Assembly: GCF_052425735.1 (NCBI RefSeq) | Contig: NC_135758.1 | Coordinates: 45,508,001-45,572,000 of the forward strand | Direction: 5' to 3' | Length of the DNA: 64,000 bases | From: Oculina patagonica | Taxonomy: Eukaryota | In this document: positions 38,001 through 53,000 of the stretch, one piece after another | Layout: each line of letters begins with the position of its first letter | How positions within the stretch are numbered: position 1 is the stretch's first letter | Program-made: the position numbers and the translations under genes | The notes under the pieces: generated by a model | What the model saw: the letters and a program-made list of their open reading frames with translations, nothing else | Databases searched by the model: none | What the model was told of the DNA's origin: nothing

Positions 38001-41000
38001 CTTTGTCACTTGCGTTCGGAACATATCTGCAGTTAGGGTCAAAAACGCACAAAACATCCCCAATTTCGTCACTCCTCGACCTAAACGATGGTACATCAGT
38101 CAGGTGGTAAACGGCATTGAAGCCAACGCCATACTGGCCAGTTGTGTTACTATCATCTCCCTTACTACCCTCGCCAAGGTTTTGCACACCTTTGATATCA
38201 GCTTCGGTGAATGGGCTATTGTTGTAAACACACAATGCAGGACCTTGAAGTGGCTTCCAGCTGTCTTCGAACACTTTTTCATCAGCATGGTGCCTGGGGT
38301 CTTGAATGAAGCAAATTTCAGTTGCTTCTGCGTCATCTGCATTTTGAAGAAGTTCTTTCAAAAGTTCTTTCTCGCATGGGTACGCTGTCAGAATCCGTTT
38401 AAGACGATTTGTCAGTTTCTCTCTTTGCCCAAAGGGAATCCCAACTTCGTGGTTTTGCAGGGCTTCTTGTCTTCGAGTTTTAACACCCAAACCGTCGCAC
38501 GTTGGCCAAGGAATTTTCTCATTGACAAAATGTACGCCTCTATCATCCGGCATCCATGGACAATCTTTCATACATAGCTCAGGCACTGGTCGCATCACGT
38601 CTCTAGAATCGGGAAGATAGACAGGTCCCCAATGACTTGAAGGATCACCACTTGATTTTTCCAATGTCTCCCCAAGTTGGATTGCCAAATTAACAGATAC
38701 TTCCTTTGTTTTCTTATCAAGTGGCATCTCCCGAAATTGTTTCTTTACTTGCTGAAGACTTGAAATGTAATCCTTCTCCTCAAACTGCTCTTTAACACCT
38801 GCATGTTTCATGACTTTCCAAAACGCATCAGCTAAGTCTTCTGGTAGCTTGTAAAGGTACGGGGAACAGTCCTTCTTCATTTCCAAAGCTACGCGATTTG
38901 CGGAGAGAAATCTTCTTCCGATGAGAATGAATCTTTTGTCAAGTAAAACTTCTTTGACCTGCTGATGGTTTCTGGCCATGGCTTTCTGAAAAAAGGAATA
39001 CGCCGCTAAGCAAATGCGCTTTACTTCATCATAACTGTTACGATTCAGGGAATCGATATTGGAAGCGATGGCGTCTTCGAGTTGCTTTAACACATGATTT
39101 ACAGTAACATCTTGTCTTTCAAACTTCAATAACTCTTTCACATTTTTGGACACGTCGAAGGCAACAAGCGGCTCGGTACAACACACTAAGTTCTTCTTTT
39201 CCTTCAGAAAAGCATCTTTAGGTGCCAGTAGAAACTTTCTTCTTCCTTGAAATTCGTCGCCTTTCCAGGTAAGAGGGAAGTTCTTTGGTCTCTGGAGAAC
39301 GGGCAGAAATTTAGCCTCTAGAAGACGTGCACAAATGGAATTTGAGGGGCCTTTATCATCGCTCTTCATTTTCGCTTCTATAAATGGAATTAACACCTCC
39401 ACACGCTTGACGGCTGCCTTACTGTCGACTTCGTTTACTCTTCCAATGCTTTCTGCTCTTTCTGCAATCTCTTTCCAAGGAAGACAATTGGACGCCATTC
39501 CCAACTGCTCAAGTTTGGCAAGTCGTTGAGGATTGCAAAAAGTATCATTGCTGCCAAAAGGAAACCTGCCATCGGCAGCACAAAATAGAGAGGAGGCTTC
39601 TCTGTTTGGGTTAACAAGTTGGCCTGGACACTTAAGAGTGCTTCCACTTGGTGATGCTGGAATGCAGGCATGCCGCATTATCAAATCATCGAAATCTGAC
39701 CTGCTGTTATCCAGGACATGTAGCACCAGTACATCTCTCAAGTCTGAACGAACTTGCAAAATGTTTGGAAAGAAAAGCTCACGGAAAAATCGACTCTTAT
39801 CATAGATCCGAGTCTTTATTACATCCCACAGACCACAAGCGATAAAAGACTGGAATACATCAGCTGGTAAGTCGATGACCACTTCGTTTTCTGCCGCCAA
39901 CTTCTTGAAAATAGCAAATGAAGCATCTCCTACTTGCGGCTCCATGCGGAATTTTGGATCAAGAAAAACTACTCGACCAATGTCAACCCACACACGTCCA
40001 TCTGAGAAAAGAGCATAATCTCCACTGGCTAGTTGTGTATAGAATGACGTCAAGATAGGGCTGCAGCCTCGATGTACTTTATCAACCTTTGGCCACAATG
40101 AATGGAACTTGTACGAGCCATCATCAGGAGCAAATGACTTCAAATCCTCGAGAAGACCAAAATATGCAGACACAATGGTATCTTGCATGAGAACATTGTT
40201 CCAGTCCGCTCCCTGACAGTTTTTGTCATCTGCAAGTTTTTCCTGCAAGCAGCGTCTGTTGGCAGCTACTGCGAAAGCTCCATTAATGTGCAAAGGTAGA
40301 CCACTATGGATTGGAAGCGGAAGGTAACAAAAGATAGTGCCACTGTGATTGGGTTCCTCTGGTTCTTCCACAACAGGTAAAGGCAAAAATTTGTTACTTC
40401 TGGTTGGCACCAGCTGAACAGCTACTCCTCCTGATGGAACGCAATTAACATCATTCCTTGCAAACTGCACCGCCTGTCCATTGCCCATTGAGGACACGAT
40501 GAGCCAGGTTACACGCTCTTGACCAAAACACTTGCCGACATCAAAGAAATTCACACCCACCCTGGTTAAAGTACAATGAATGTCGACTCTGATCGAGGTT
40601 TCGGGAGATTTACTTGGGTTGCCTTCTGGATATTTGTTTGGATCCCTTGAATCCCTTGTGAACTTGGATGATGCTTGAAGAAAGTTAAATTGCTTCAGGA
40701 AACTCTGCTGAGCTACATTCAATTTCTCTGCGGCAACGGGTAACGTGATGGGAAAAGACATCTCTCGAAGCGTTCCTCCTTGTGGAATAGATTTGCAGAC
40801 TTCAAACATTAATAATGGCTTTGGATCTTGAGTTGACAATTTTGACAGAGTGTAGATTCCAACGCGAAAAACATTCTGCGTGAACAGAAGCAACGAGTGC
40901 GCCTTGTGTAGAAGCATTTGTAAAAGTTCTCGCATCTCCTGATCATCATAACAAAGTTTCTTAATCTCACTTTTCATGGCTTGCTCTCTCGTTCTCAACG

Positions 41001-44000
41001 GAAATCGAAAAAGTGTCCCATCAAATGAGTTGTCGTCCTTGTCTAGATGCAAATCACAGCCAAAGATGCCATTGAATGGTTTGAACTGGTTTGAAAATTT
41101 CCGAAGGTTCTTTACATCTTTGTTGACGTCGATCTTCATTCCTGGCTTTCCCTTGTTTCTTACGGCCTTGCCAAGGTACGACATGTGAGGATCCAAGATC
41201 ACAAAATAGTTCTGACTTAACAACATGGGTACATCTGTCAGATTGTACACTGAATTAAAGCCAAGTCCAAACCTGCCAATCTTTTCAGTGTTGTGCACTT
41301 TGGTTGCTTCGTTCAGCTTTGTGATGTTCACAAAGTCTTCATCTTTAAATACGGCATCGTTGTAGACCCACAACGCAGGACCTTGGCAATGTCTCATGCC
41401 TTCGTTAAACAAACAGGTCAAAGCATCCTCGTTGGTTCTTTCATCATATAGGAATCTAACTTCAGTGCCACCGGCATCATCTGCATTTTGAATGAGCTCT
41501 TTGAGTACAGCAAATCCATCTGTATACTCCTCCAGAAGCTGGCTAAGTCGAGTGGTAAGTTTTTCTTCTTGCCCAAACTCTTCTCCTATGGACAGCTCAT
41601 CGGCATCCAGCATTCGATTAGTGAGGGTTGGAACACCCAAACGTTCAGCAACAATATTGGGAACAATGGGGTGGACATAAAAATAGTCGACATCTTCATC
41701 GTCTCCTCTCTTCAGCCATTCACGTTCACAGTACATACAGTGTTCAACTGGTTCGAGCTTTACATGTGAGTTGCCTTCAATATGAATAGGAAGAAGAATC
41801 TTTGCTTGAAGCTCGGTCGACAATTCCTTACTAACCATCACATTCAGGATGTTGACAGTTAACTGGAGGTCGTGCTCCACCTCTGATGCACTGAACTGGA
41901 CACTTCTGTTGTCGTGCTTCTCTTTGATCATGCCAAGGACTTGCACAAGAACAGCTGGATCACTTTCTTCTCTCATACCAAAATGGTGGAACAGATCTGA
42001 ATGTTTCATCATTTCAGATGGAAGAGAGCATATGTAGGGTGTGAGATCAATGAGTGGCTTGCTGGAAAGCACATGGTTAGGTGAGGAAAAGCCATCTCCA
42101 TTCCATATCCAGTCAGTCACCTCGATAGAGGCAAATGCTTGAGCCACAGCAGCGTACTTTGCATGGTTCAGAAACGAGTAAATTTCATCTACCATGACCA
42201 TGTAAAACGGTTTCTCTTCTTTGGAGTAACATCTGGTCACAGTTTTGAACTGCTTTACAACGTCAACAACATCTGGTTGATTTTGCCATCCAAAATACTT
42301 GGAAACTTCATTTGATGGCTCTACCTCTACGACAGGCATGACTGATCCAATCAGATTAACCAACTGGTGGCTCTTCACTTCATCTGGCCTGAAAAAGTAC
42401 CTCTCTTCTGTGTCTCCTGTTTCCCACCAAGGAAGAGATTGGGGGTAGTTAGGAGGCACCTTTTGCAATCTTGGCACCCATTGACAGCTGTTTAGTAATC
42501 GTCCAAGTGGTTGCCCATTGATTGGTTCCTGCAGTTTTTGGGGATTGTCATCAAGATACTGTAAAATTGCTTTCGACTTCTGTACTGCAGTTGAATGTCG
42601 AGTGAGCATGGTAACTACCTTGGCACTTTGGTACAGACCGTTTCCAGTGATGTTGTGCTCACTTTTCATTCCGAGTTCTTCCAACACGACGAGGACAGCA
42701 GGGGTGGTGTAGAGTGCACCAGCTGGAAAGATATTTTGGCCCACAAATATTTTCCTCAGAATGTCACTTCTTGGGTCAAAGACGTCCAACGGCCTCACAC
42801 GACCTCTATGCTTGGAGACAAATGACAAGGCTTGCAAACTCTGCTTGAAAGTAGGATTTCTATGAACGTCACTTGCAAAGCGCTCCAGCACATAGGCCAT
42901 CAACTGATCAATCTGCTTTTCAGAATATTTTCCTTGTTTGATATCTGGAAACACCATTTGGCAGAGCAATTCAGTGGGCGTTAGACTTTTGACCTCTAAG
43001 AAACGTGCCAAAGATTTGGAATCATCCTGGGACGCATCAATAAGTTCATGTCGTGGAGCTACTGGAAGAGGCTCGTCAGGCGCTGCATACAGACCATCTC
43101 CTGCTGACACAAACTTCTTTGACAACGTCTCAAAAACCGGAAGGGAATGCAAAAGATAAAACTCCTCATTCCGTAGGGACGATGGGCGGACATTGGCAAG
43201 GAAAGATCTCAAAAGCTGCTTCCCTTCTGGCGACACTTCTCTTTGTAGGATTTCCACAAGTTTTCCAACTGCTACCTTGGACGAGGAGACCACCATTGCT
43301 TTCAAAACACCTTGTACGGACGGTGGATTAACAACTGAGCCCAGCACAGCAGGGTGTTGGCTGATAAAAGTGGGAAATTCACTCATGATGATCAGGCCAA
43401 GCTTCCTTAAGACATTCGTCAATGCGTCACTGAGACAATCATCATTAAGACATTTCACAACTACTCTGGAGGGATAGCAAAGTCTTGCCAAGGCTATAGG
43501 TGTTTGCGACATGCTGAGTGGAATCAGGGGTAGTTTACAAAGGGTCACAATGCTCTCTTTCGAAACAAAGTGTTTCTGTAGATATCTCCACAGGTCCTTT
43601 ATCCACTCCCTCGGAGGATGGTTGCGGTTACTGTCATCAGGGTACCACAGAACAGTGTCATATCTCTTCCAGTTGGACGGGAGTCCATACCAGAGAAAGG
43701 CGGCCACGACTTCTTCATTAAGGAATCGTAATTGTGTGCGCCCTACGGTATCAAATAAGAAATGGTAATGTTTAGAAAAAGATGCGAAAACCTATAATTG
43801 ACGTTTCCTACGAAAGCCTTTCGCCAATTTTCCCAAACAAACACCTGAGGCTTGAAACGCCTTCTTTCCTATTTCACCTCAGTGATTAATTCACTTTTTG
43901 GAATACCATTAACAACGTATTAGTCGTTTGGTCTTCAAGGGAAAATCTTAAACTTCGGCCTTTCTGTATTTTCCTTTGCTATCTCGCTCAGTCAATACAG

Positions 44001-47000
44001 CAAGGCCTTAGTTTGAAATGTTCCCATAAAGACCTCACTCTCGGTTAATTAGTAGTTCTTAGCAATTTCATTTTCATTAGAAACTAATTGTTTTACTTTC
44101 CTGCTGTCTTTGTACAGTATTTTTTTTTAAATGCTACGAGATTCATGATAGTACGATTATCAGTTGAGTGAGGCATGAAGGAAGTTTGGTGATGGTGTTT
44201 TTACATCAAAACGACATTGTTGTCAAGGGCAACTTGCTGCGTTAGTAATAGTATATTGTCGATCACACGAAACCATCTAACTGACCGCCATTGCCTTTTT
44301 ACGCAACAAGGACTTCTCGGGAAACAGAGCAGTTCTTTGATTGGCTAATTTCGATCCAAAATGGCGTAAGTTTTAACTGAACAATTTTTGATTGGCTAAT
44401 TTCGATCCAAAATGGTGTTAGTTTTATTTGAAGCGCCAAATATTCTTCATTTCAATTCGCAAGTTATTCTGTTTGCACTTGAGAAAGAAAAGTAATATTT
44501 AAAGCCCCAAGCCAACTGGCTCATCGCAGGGTTTACCCCCCAGCAAAGGCACTATAAGAGTTAAGTGTATTGCTCAAAAACACAAGTTAGTGACCCCAAC
44601 CAGGCTTGATCTCGAACCGTTTCATATGGAGTCTGACACGCTAACCATTGGGCCATTGTGCCACCCATGGAGCTGCTAGAAAATTCTTGGAGTTGGAAGA
44701 CCATTATTGGTTTGACTAGACTCTATGTAAGAAGGTGAACTCTATCTGTTGCTTAGTAAAATTACATGTCAAAGTTCTTAGACAGGAAATCAGGCAGCCT
44801 ACACAACCTACCCTGTAAAGCTGCAGCTTTGAGGTTATCAAGAATGTCTTCATCAACACTTTTATCCAAAAATCGGTGATGTAGAGCTGGGAACAGGTTT
44901 TGTGGATGTTCCGGCGAGTCAATGAAAATGCTGGTTGCACGGTTTCCAAATTCAGCAAATGTCCCATTGGCGAGTGGTAGGAGCTGCAATCCATAAAGGT
45001 CTGAGAAGTGACGGTCACGAAGACAACAGCGCAGTAGAAGCAGCTTCTCTTTCCTGCGAAGATTCGTATAGCTTGAAGGCACTTGCCTTAATAAATGTCT
45101 AACCATATAAGGTGTCAGTTCTTTTCTACAAGATCCGTAGACGTCAATAGCATTGAGAACGTGACTGGGTACAGTGACAACTGGCACATTAGCTGAAAGC
45201 AGTACTCGCAGGAGCAGGTCTTTCTCTCTGTCTTCTGGTAATCGATGAAAGATGGCTTCATTCACTGTCAGCCATTTCCCACTTTGTGCTCTGGTGTGAA
45301 TAACTTTCTCAGTCAGGAGCAGTTTAAACAAAGGTTTCTCAAGCCTCTTCCACTTGTGGTCTATGCTGCTAATATCTGGCCATGCTCTGACAAAGACAAA
45401 AATACAAATTAATGAAGCTACTAATGCCAAGCTATCAAAAACGTACGTTGCTTTGTTTGCCTTTGTACACAATGACATTTACGTACTTAGAGCAATTATG
45501 ACAGCAGCAATTCGCCTTGCTTGGCCTGGTATCTAGGTGAGTCACCACCAGCAATAAAACAAGCAACATTTTCTTAAAGGCAACGACCATTTAGTTAGCA
45601 AAACAACATCGAATGCTTATCACTGAGCAATGACGGGCAAACAACACAGATGAACAATTTTCTTTTGTTACTTGATGGAAAGAGACTTTTTAAAATAATG
45701 TTTTCCTCCTCTTTGTGATACAAATAAATTGCTTTTGTTGTTGTTGACAACTCCACTGTAAAAAGCATTCAAGCAAAATCAAATATTCGGCATACAAAAT
45801 ACTTTTTGGCAATTGTTATTTAAAAAGGTAGTAAGGTACTTATGGTGGCAGTTGCAGTTGACGAAGTTGCCATCAACATGGATTAGGACATATCAGGTTC
45901 ACTTACTTGTAGATGGCTTCCAGTGGTATGTTAAAGGGTCTCATGTTAATGGCGGCCATTATCATCTTGACGTACGCTCTGGGTAAAGCCTCCCCCAGGA
46001 GACAATTATTCCACAACAAGGCCTTGTCAGTAAGCACACGACCTGCCCTCTCCTCATCTACTTGATATGCACTTGGCATCTTTACATGACATCTGTTCTG
46101 ACTCAAAGCAAAGAAGCCATTAATATGTACTGGCAGACCGGTCAAGGTTGTCTTTTGTACTGGTAATGGTAGGAAGCAAAATACATGGCCTTGGATGTCA
46201 GGTGTTAACTGCTGTGGATCGGTTGGCAATGGCATTGCTACACTTACTGTGGGCAGGTAGCTAAGTTCCTTGTCTGTGATTAGCTTTTTGAACTCTGAAG
46301 AAACTTCTTCACCACAAAAGTAGTTGGTAACAAGGAAAGAATGCTGCTTGACCCCTTCATTATTGTTTGAGTCAAAGTTTATGACCTCTATGGTAATCGG
46401 GTAGGTCACTGTGATAGATTCTGAATTTAGTTTCCTCTGTGTGATCTTCTCGCGAAACTCTTTCCTCTTATTCCGAACTGTCATAACGTTATCATCAGCA
46501 ACCTTCACTTGAAAGATTCGTCTAGGTTTAGACTCCGATTCTTCTCTGACATAAAGCTCAATACATTCTACATGTGTAAGAAACAAAAGCATCAAGTGAG
46601 GGTAAGCCTTAAAGCTTTCAAACAGGGCGTCCATCTTCTCAGGAAAGCACAGTGTCTGTGACAGCTCAGAGGGTTTGGTGCGCAGTGGAAACCGAAACAG
46701 TGTCCCATTGTAGAATCCCTGTGAGAACACATCATTTGTGCAGTCGAATACTCCATTGTAAGGAAGGAACTGATCCCGAATGTCTGCTATGACTGAACAG
46801 TCTTCCTTTAGGTTCCAGTATTTTCCTGTTCTTCTGTGTCGTCTGTCAGAAAAGTACACTCCATGTGGATCGATAATCCCAATCTGTGAACCACTGAGAA
46901 TACTTGGCAAATCTAAAAGAAAACATCAAAACACTGAAAAAAGGCACTAAAAACCGAAACTGGTATTAAAACAAATTCTGCAAACGACTATAATAAACTT

Positions 47001-50000
47001 TTGTTAACTTTGCGCAGCTTTTATCTTCCTTTTGAAGGAAACGTCTCTTTCTTCGGATAAACTTGTTGGAGGTTTCCACTGATAAACCTTTGTTATTGCA
47101 ACTTTTACTCTTCCATTTCAGTTTGACTTCTCTTTACGTCATGTTGTCATAATAAATTAGGGTTTGAAATCATGGTTAGTGTTCAGTGCTATTGTTAATT
47201 AAGGTGGCTCGATCGGATTTTTGAGTGTCGATACCTTTCAACTTTGAGCAACTTGTACGCCACCGTAAACAATCCGACTAAAAATCGATCAGTATAGCTG
47301 TACTAAAGAAAGATGAAAGTTTCGAATGAGATAAGTTTCATCGAAATCGGAGTAACCATAGCAACATAATGACGTCACCACCCATTTTACACGAGACCGA
47401 TTTTCTTGTAATAGAGGGATAATTTTGAAAAAAGGCTTCTAGATCTTGGACTTGACATAGTTTTCTCAAGGTCTGCAAAATTTGAAGAATTTCTATGAGA
47501 GCGTTTTCGAGAAAATTTTGGATGAAGTTTTCAGGTGCTAAAACACAACAAAAACAAAGCAGTCTTAAAACATTATTGAGAAAACGTTCACCAGGCCCGA
47601 TCAAGTAACATTTTGGCCTTAAGTGAATCTTGTACTGTCCAATTACCTTGGGAGAAAATCTCAGAGAAATCGTTTCATTTGATTTCTTGAAACATCGGCT
47701 TGAATATGAACTGGCATGAAGTGTTATTTCGCTCTTTTATCGAAAAAGGGCCTTCGCTTACTAAAATGATCGCAAAATAAAAAGCGCTCGATAGAATTTT
47801 TTTAAACTTGGCAGTCAAAAAGAAAAATAAGTTTGTAATGAAATGTCTGATTTTCAAAATAATTGAAACATTCTTAGGCGGTTAATTTAAAGCCTTAATT
47901 CGGGTAAACATTGCGCTGTTTTTCACCCTACATCGGATCGCTGCCTCATTATAAGTCTCTATTGTGTCGTGCCCCGTGCATTTGTAAATTTCAGCATATC
48001 TTGAATATGTATAACAGCTGCTTGTTTTCCGAAAACTGCACAGAAACAAGCTAATTTAACAAGCCAAAATACAATAACAACGAAGAATAGGCTAGTAAAG
48101 CACTTGTATTATCTTCAGTCTCCTAATAGTTTTAAGGCCAAGGCAGAATTGTCATAAAAATCTCCAGTAATAAATAATTAGTGATTCATGATCTACTGGA
48201 ATTTACAAATGCACGCGGCTTGAGACAATGGAGACAGATAATGAGGCAGCGATCCGATGTAGGGTGAAAAACAGCGCAATGTTTACCTGAATTAAGGCTT
48301 TATATTAACTGCCTTAAAATGTTTCAATTATTTTGAAAATCAGACATTTCATTACAAACTTATTCTTCTTTTTGACTGCCAAGTTTAAAAAAATTCTATC
48401 GAGCGCTTTTTATTTTGCGATCATTTTAGTAAGCGAAGGCCCTTTTTCGATAAAAGAGCGAAATAACACTTCATACCAGTTCATATTCAAGCCGATGTTT
48501 CAAGAAATCAAATGAAACGATTTCTCTGAGATTTTCTTCCAAGGTAATTAGATAGTTCAAGATTAACTCAAGGCCAAAATGTTACTTGATCGGGCCTTGT
48601 AAACGTTCATCTCAGTAATGTATTAAGACTGCTTTGTTTTTGTTGTATTTTAGCACCTGAAAACTTCATCCAAAATTTTCTCGAAAACGCTCTCATAGAA
48701 ATTCTTCAAATTTTGCAGACCTTGAGAAAACTATGTCAAGTCCAAGATCTAGAAGCCTTTTTTCAAAATTATCCCTCTATTACAAGAAAATCGGTCTCGT
48801 GTAAAATGGGTGGTGACGTCATTATGTTGCTATGGTTACTCCGATTTCGACGAAACTTATCTCATTCGAAACTTTCATCTTTCTTTAGTACAGCTATATT
48901 GATTGATTTTCAGTCAGATTGTTCACGGTGACATACAAGTTGCTCAAAGTTGAAAGGTATCGTCACTCAAAAATCCGATTGAGCCACCTTAACAGGCCAC
49001 AGATCTTTTGTTCAAAAGGACTCTGATAATACTTGATCATGATTTCGTTCTTGCTCGTATTACTCGGAATAAACTCTTTGAAATCAGGTATTCAAGAATT
49101 TTTCTCTTCAAAGCAGATTTTAAGAGAGAGGTCAAGAAAGTTATTGCTTCTCCCAAATTCAGGTTGAGCTCAGAATCTGATTCTCCATACATGTTCAGTG
49201 AACAAGTAATCTTGACAAAAACAACCTCAAAATTCCCAAGAACAAACAATATACTGTAGAAATCCTATCCAGCAAAGTTATGCATCTTTGATAAATAGAG
49301 CTTTATATTACATACCTGTCAAATGAAATACAGACTTGAATCCCAAGCCAAACCGACCAACCTTCGTGGGATCTTCCACTTTGATACTAGACGAAACCAA
49401 ACGAATCCCCTTCCAGTCTTCTTTGGTAAACATTGCATTGTTGTAGGCATAAAGAGCCGGACCCTATTTAAAGACAAGAAAGCAAATTTTGAAACAAATT
49501 CAGTTTTATTTGTAGGATAAATGTTAATCCTAACAAGAACATTGAGAAGCTTGAGAAGCTTAAAATCGGGCGCTTTGCCTTGAAAGGCAGGGTTCAGTAC
49601 AGCAGAAACCACGAAGCAGTTACTTAAGTAGCACTCAGTCCGACTGTGTTTGTGTAAGTCACAGGGCTTGCATGAGCTGTATTAGTGTGCATAATATAAT
49701 ATCTAGAACGTTGTCGAGATTGCATTATTACTTAATGACATGATGGTTTCAATTTATAAATGTATCTCACAAAATACAAATAAACGATTGAAGTAGACGA
49801 CTAGACAATGTAAAGTTTTAAGACTTAGCAAAGTGCAGTGTATTGGTAATACTGTAAGGTGCGGTTTCACCTGAAGGTCGTGTGCTTTTCGGTATTTTCC
49901 AGGCATTGCACTTTGATGGGACAGTACTACAACTGTTTACCGGGGAACTACTATTGTCAAGAAAATGATCACAACTTGTTGATGAATGATTGAACATTTG

Positions 50001-53000
50001 TTTCATACCATTACTGTAATAGCAATTGATGAAGGCTTTTAGTCCTGAACCAAAGTATAAGGACTGGGAAATACTGAAACCCATTATCAGCCACCTTAAA
50101 CGGAAATATCTTGTTGGTGTTCAAGGAATCCAAGGAAACTTCACTCATCCCATGTATCTATGTATTGCGGTATTTTGTAATTTTTTGAGTGATTTTTGGG
50201 GATGTTTGGCAGGTGATAGTTTTTTTAAAAGAATTAGTAAAATTTAGACAACTAAGAAATATTGAAAATTTAATGTGAATTTAACATTGGAATTTGAAGT
50301 TAGAAATTGGCAGACGGACACCAAACAGTCCCGTGACATCCTGGAGTGTTTTTGCATGGGGGTCAACTGTGTGATGATGTTTCCATTTTTTTCTTCAATC
50401 CCCACTGATAAAGAACTGTTGTTGGTGTTATGTTGGTGTTATCACATGTCAAGCCTTTAACAAGGTATGAAAGAACACAAGGATTTAAATTATTCTGGTG
50501 CTCAATTTTTGCGTAACTAAAATTAATGTTACTCAAATTCCTGATGGATTCTGTCTTAAACTGTTACGAGCTTAGTATTTCCAAATTATTGCATGTCAAT
50601 GTAAGGCAAGACAAGACATGCCTTGGTTCTTATGTAATTCTCTTAAAAACACATAAGATATTGACTATAATTTTGTCTGTGCTATGGCAATTCACAGTGG
50701 GGTGGTCTTGATGTGTCTTTAACTTGTAGACTGGACTGGACTAGTAAAACGCGGACTAGTAAAACGCGGACTTGTAAAACGCCTCTAGACACTTCGAATT
50801 CCTTGGCCACAATCATCTTACGGCTCTCTTCAATACATAATGTCTCAAAAAAACAGTAACCTCAGAAAGAAGTCAGAAGCAAATAAGGTCGAAAGACCGA
50901 ATTTGAACATATAACGGCAAATGTTCTAATGTCACGAACGTAGGAGTCGTGTAGGCCCGTCACCTTTATTTACCACATACTGCCCCCAAAATAAAACAGT
51001 ACCCTCAGAAAGAAGTCAGAAGCAAATAAGGTCGAAAGACCGAATTTAAACATTTAACGGCAAATATAATATTCTAATGTCACGAACGTAAGAGTCGTGT
51101 AGGCCCGTCACCTTTATTTACGATTGACTGTTGATTTCTGGACGGGCCCCGTTCTACCTCGTGCGAGCAATACAAACGACTGCACTCAACAGACGTCAAG
51201 TAGTGGAAAGAAAGAAACATATGCACACAACTCATAGCATCAATCCCGTTGTTTTAGTAGGGGTTTGCAGAACGAACATGTGCTATACTGCAAAAACATC
51301 TCCACGCTAAAACAGACCATAGAGTGCTCAAAAAAGCTAGAAATATGCCGTCGAAGAAACACACAAGAGCTTCAAACAAATTGTTTCGCTGGCTAAACCG
51401 TTTAGTTTTATCCGATTTACAAGCGCTTGTTTTACAAGTCCGCGTTCTACAAGTCCGTGCTTAACAAGCCCTCGTTTTACAAGTCCGCGTTTTACAAGTC
51501 CGCGTTTTACTAGTCCTCGTTTTACAAGTCCGCGTTTTACTAGCCCGCGTTTTACTAGTCCGCCTTTTACAAGTCCGCGTTTTACCTGAGTCCGCGTTTT
51601 ACTAGTCCGCGTTTTACAAGTCCGCGTTTTACTAGTCCGCGTTTTACTAGTCCAGTCCAGTCCTCGAAATACAGTATGCCAAAACTCCCCGCCCTCTAAA
51701 GATAAGTCCTTGACGGTTCTTGTCGTTTTTCGGTGCCTATTCATCTTCGGCATCTTTCTCATCCACCTCTCGTTCTGTCCTGTGTCTGTTATCACACGAA
51801 AGAAAAGCTGATTCTCAAAAAATCTGCCACAAAAGGAAATTGACAAAAACAATATGAAAACCTTATATCGAAAGTTTCTTATTCTAAAATTTTATCATAC
51901 GTCTTAATTCAGAGCTACAAAAAAGTTCCTCCTTTTGAGTTATTGATACTGTTCTTACAGTACCCTCTTTCCACTAGCGAAATTTTACAAAATTCCTTCG
52001 CGGCGAAAAGGTAGCGCGAATCCAGAACAGACTCCAATCGAGAGTGGGTTAATTCTAGATTACTATTAATTAACTATTACAACATTCATTTTTAAAATAG
52101 TTTCCCAAGCCGACTAAGCTAACTAAACGTCGAGTGTATCTTTCAGTAAACAAAACATGCCGTTATGACGCCGGAAATCCAGCTCACGCATACTATACTC
52201 CGTGACTCACGCAAACCTCCGACTTACGTGCTACTACAGTCATTCCTTTCTAAACATTTTTTTTTGACCACCACCGTACCTTTCTACCCAAAAAACTCAT
52301 GAAACCGCCCGGTTTTAACCTGTTTTAACCTTTCAAAAATTAGAGCGTTCGAAACTAAATAAGATCCGTAATCACAAACAACATACAGCCGTTTACCAGC
52401 ACTCTTTAAAACTCCTGAAACCCTTCAAAATCAGGCAAAATAAATCTTTGAAATAACCTTTATCAATGTTTCTTATTTTTTATTCAGTTCTATAAAATGC
52501 CTTTCATACACTACTGTCAAACAAAAATTTCAATTTCCTCAAAGTTTCAAGACAAAAGAATAACAAATATTTCGTGCACAATGTAATTTGATTAAGCCAA
52601 TATTATCACGTCTAAAAATACTTCAAGCAATTCAGTGAAAACCCGTTTTTTTTTCGTATCAACGAAAACTACTTTCGAATAATCAATACATGGAAATAAC
52701 AATAAGATCAAAAGGAAGAAAGGAACCTTTCTAATTATTTGAAGACTTTCAAAGCCGTGATATTATGCATCCAATCCGCGATAAAATTTAATTACAACAA
52801 AATCCAAGTTCTCATTTTGAATTCCATTTTTTTCAGTTGATACCTTTATCCAACTTGTGAAAAATTCTATTCAAGTTCCTATTAATACTGTACATTCCCA
52901 ATGTTTTGCTCAGGTCTTCAGAAGCGTCTTACTAACCAAATCTAAAATAATTCCAAAACATGCTGTACAAACATTCTACTCTTTGTGACAAACGACTTGA

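Noticed and set aside
32688-43768. Many short plus-strand and alternative-frame ORFs
   Set aside because: Shadows of the giant sacsin exon; no recognisable domains.
47338-48931. Pairs of near-identical ORFs on opposite strands
   Set aside because: Artefact of the foldback's inverted arms.
51410-51655. CRISPR-like array
   Set aside because: Contiguous tandem units with no spacers; eukaryotic context; no cas genes.
51337-51852. 171-aa ORF with KRGLV/SKTRT repeats
   Set aside because: Translation of a 15-bp minisatellite inside a TIR element.
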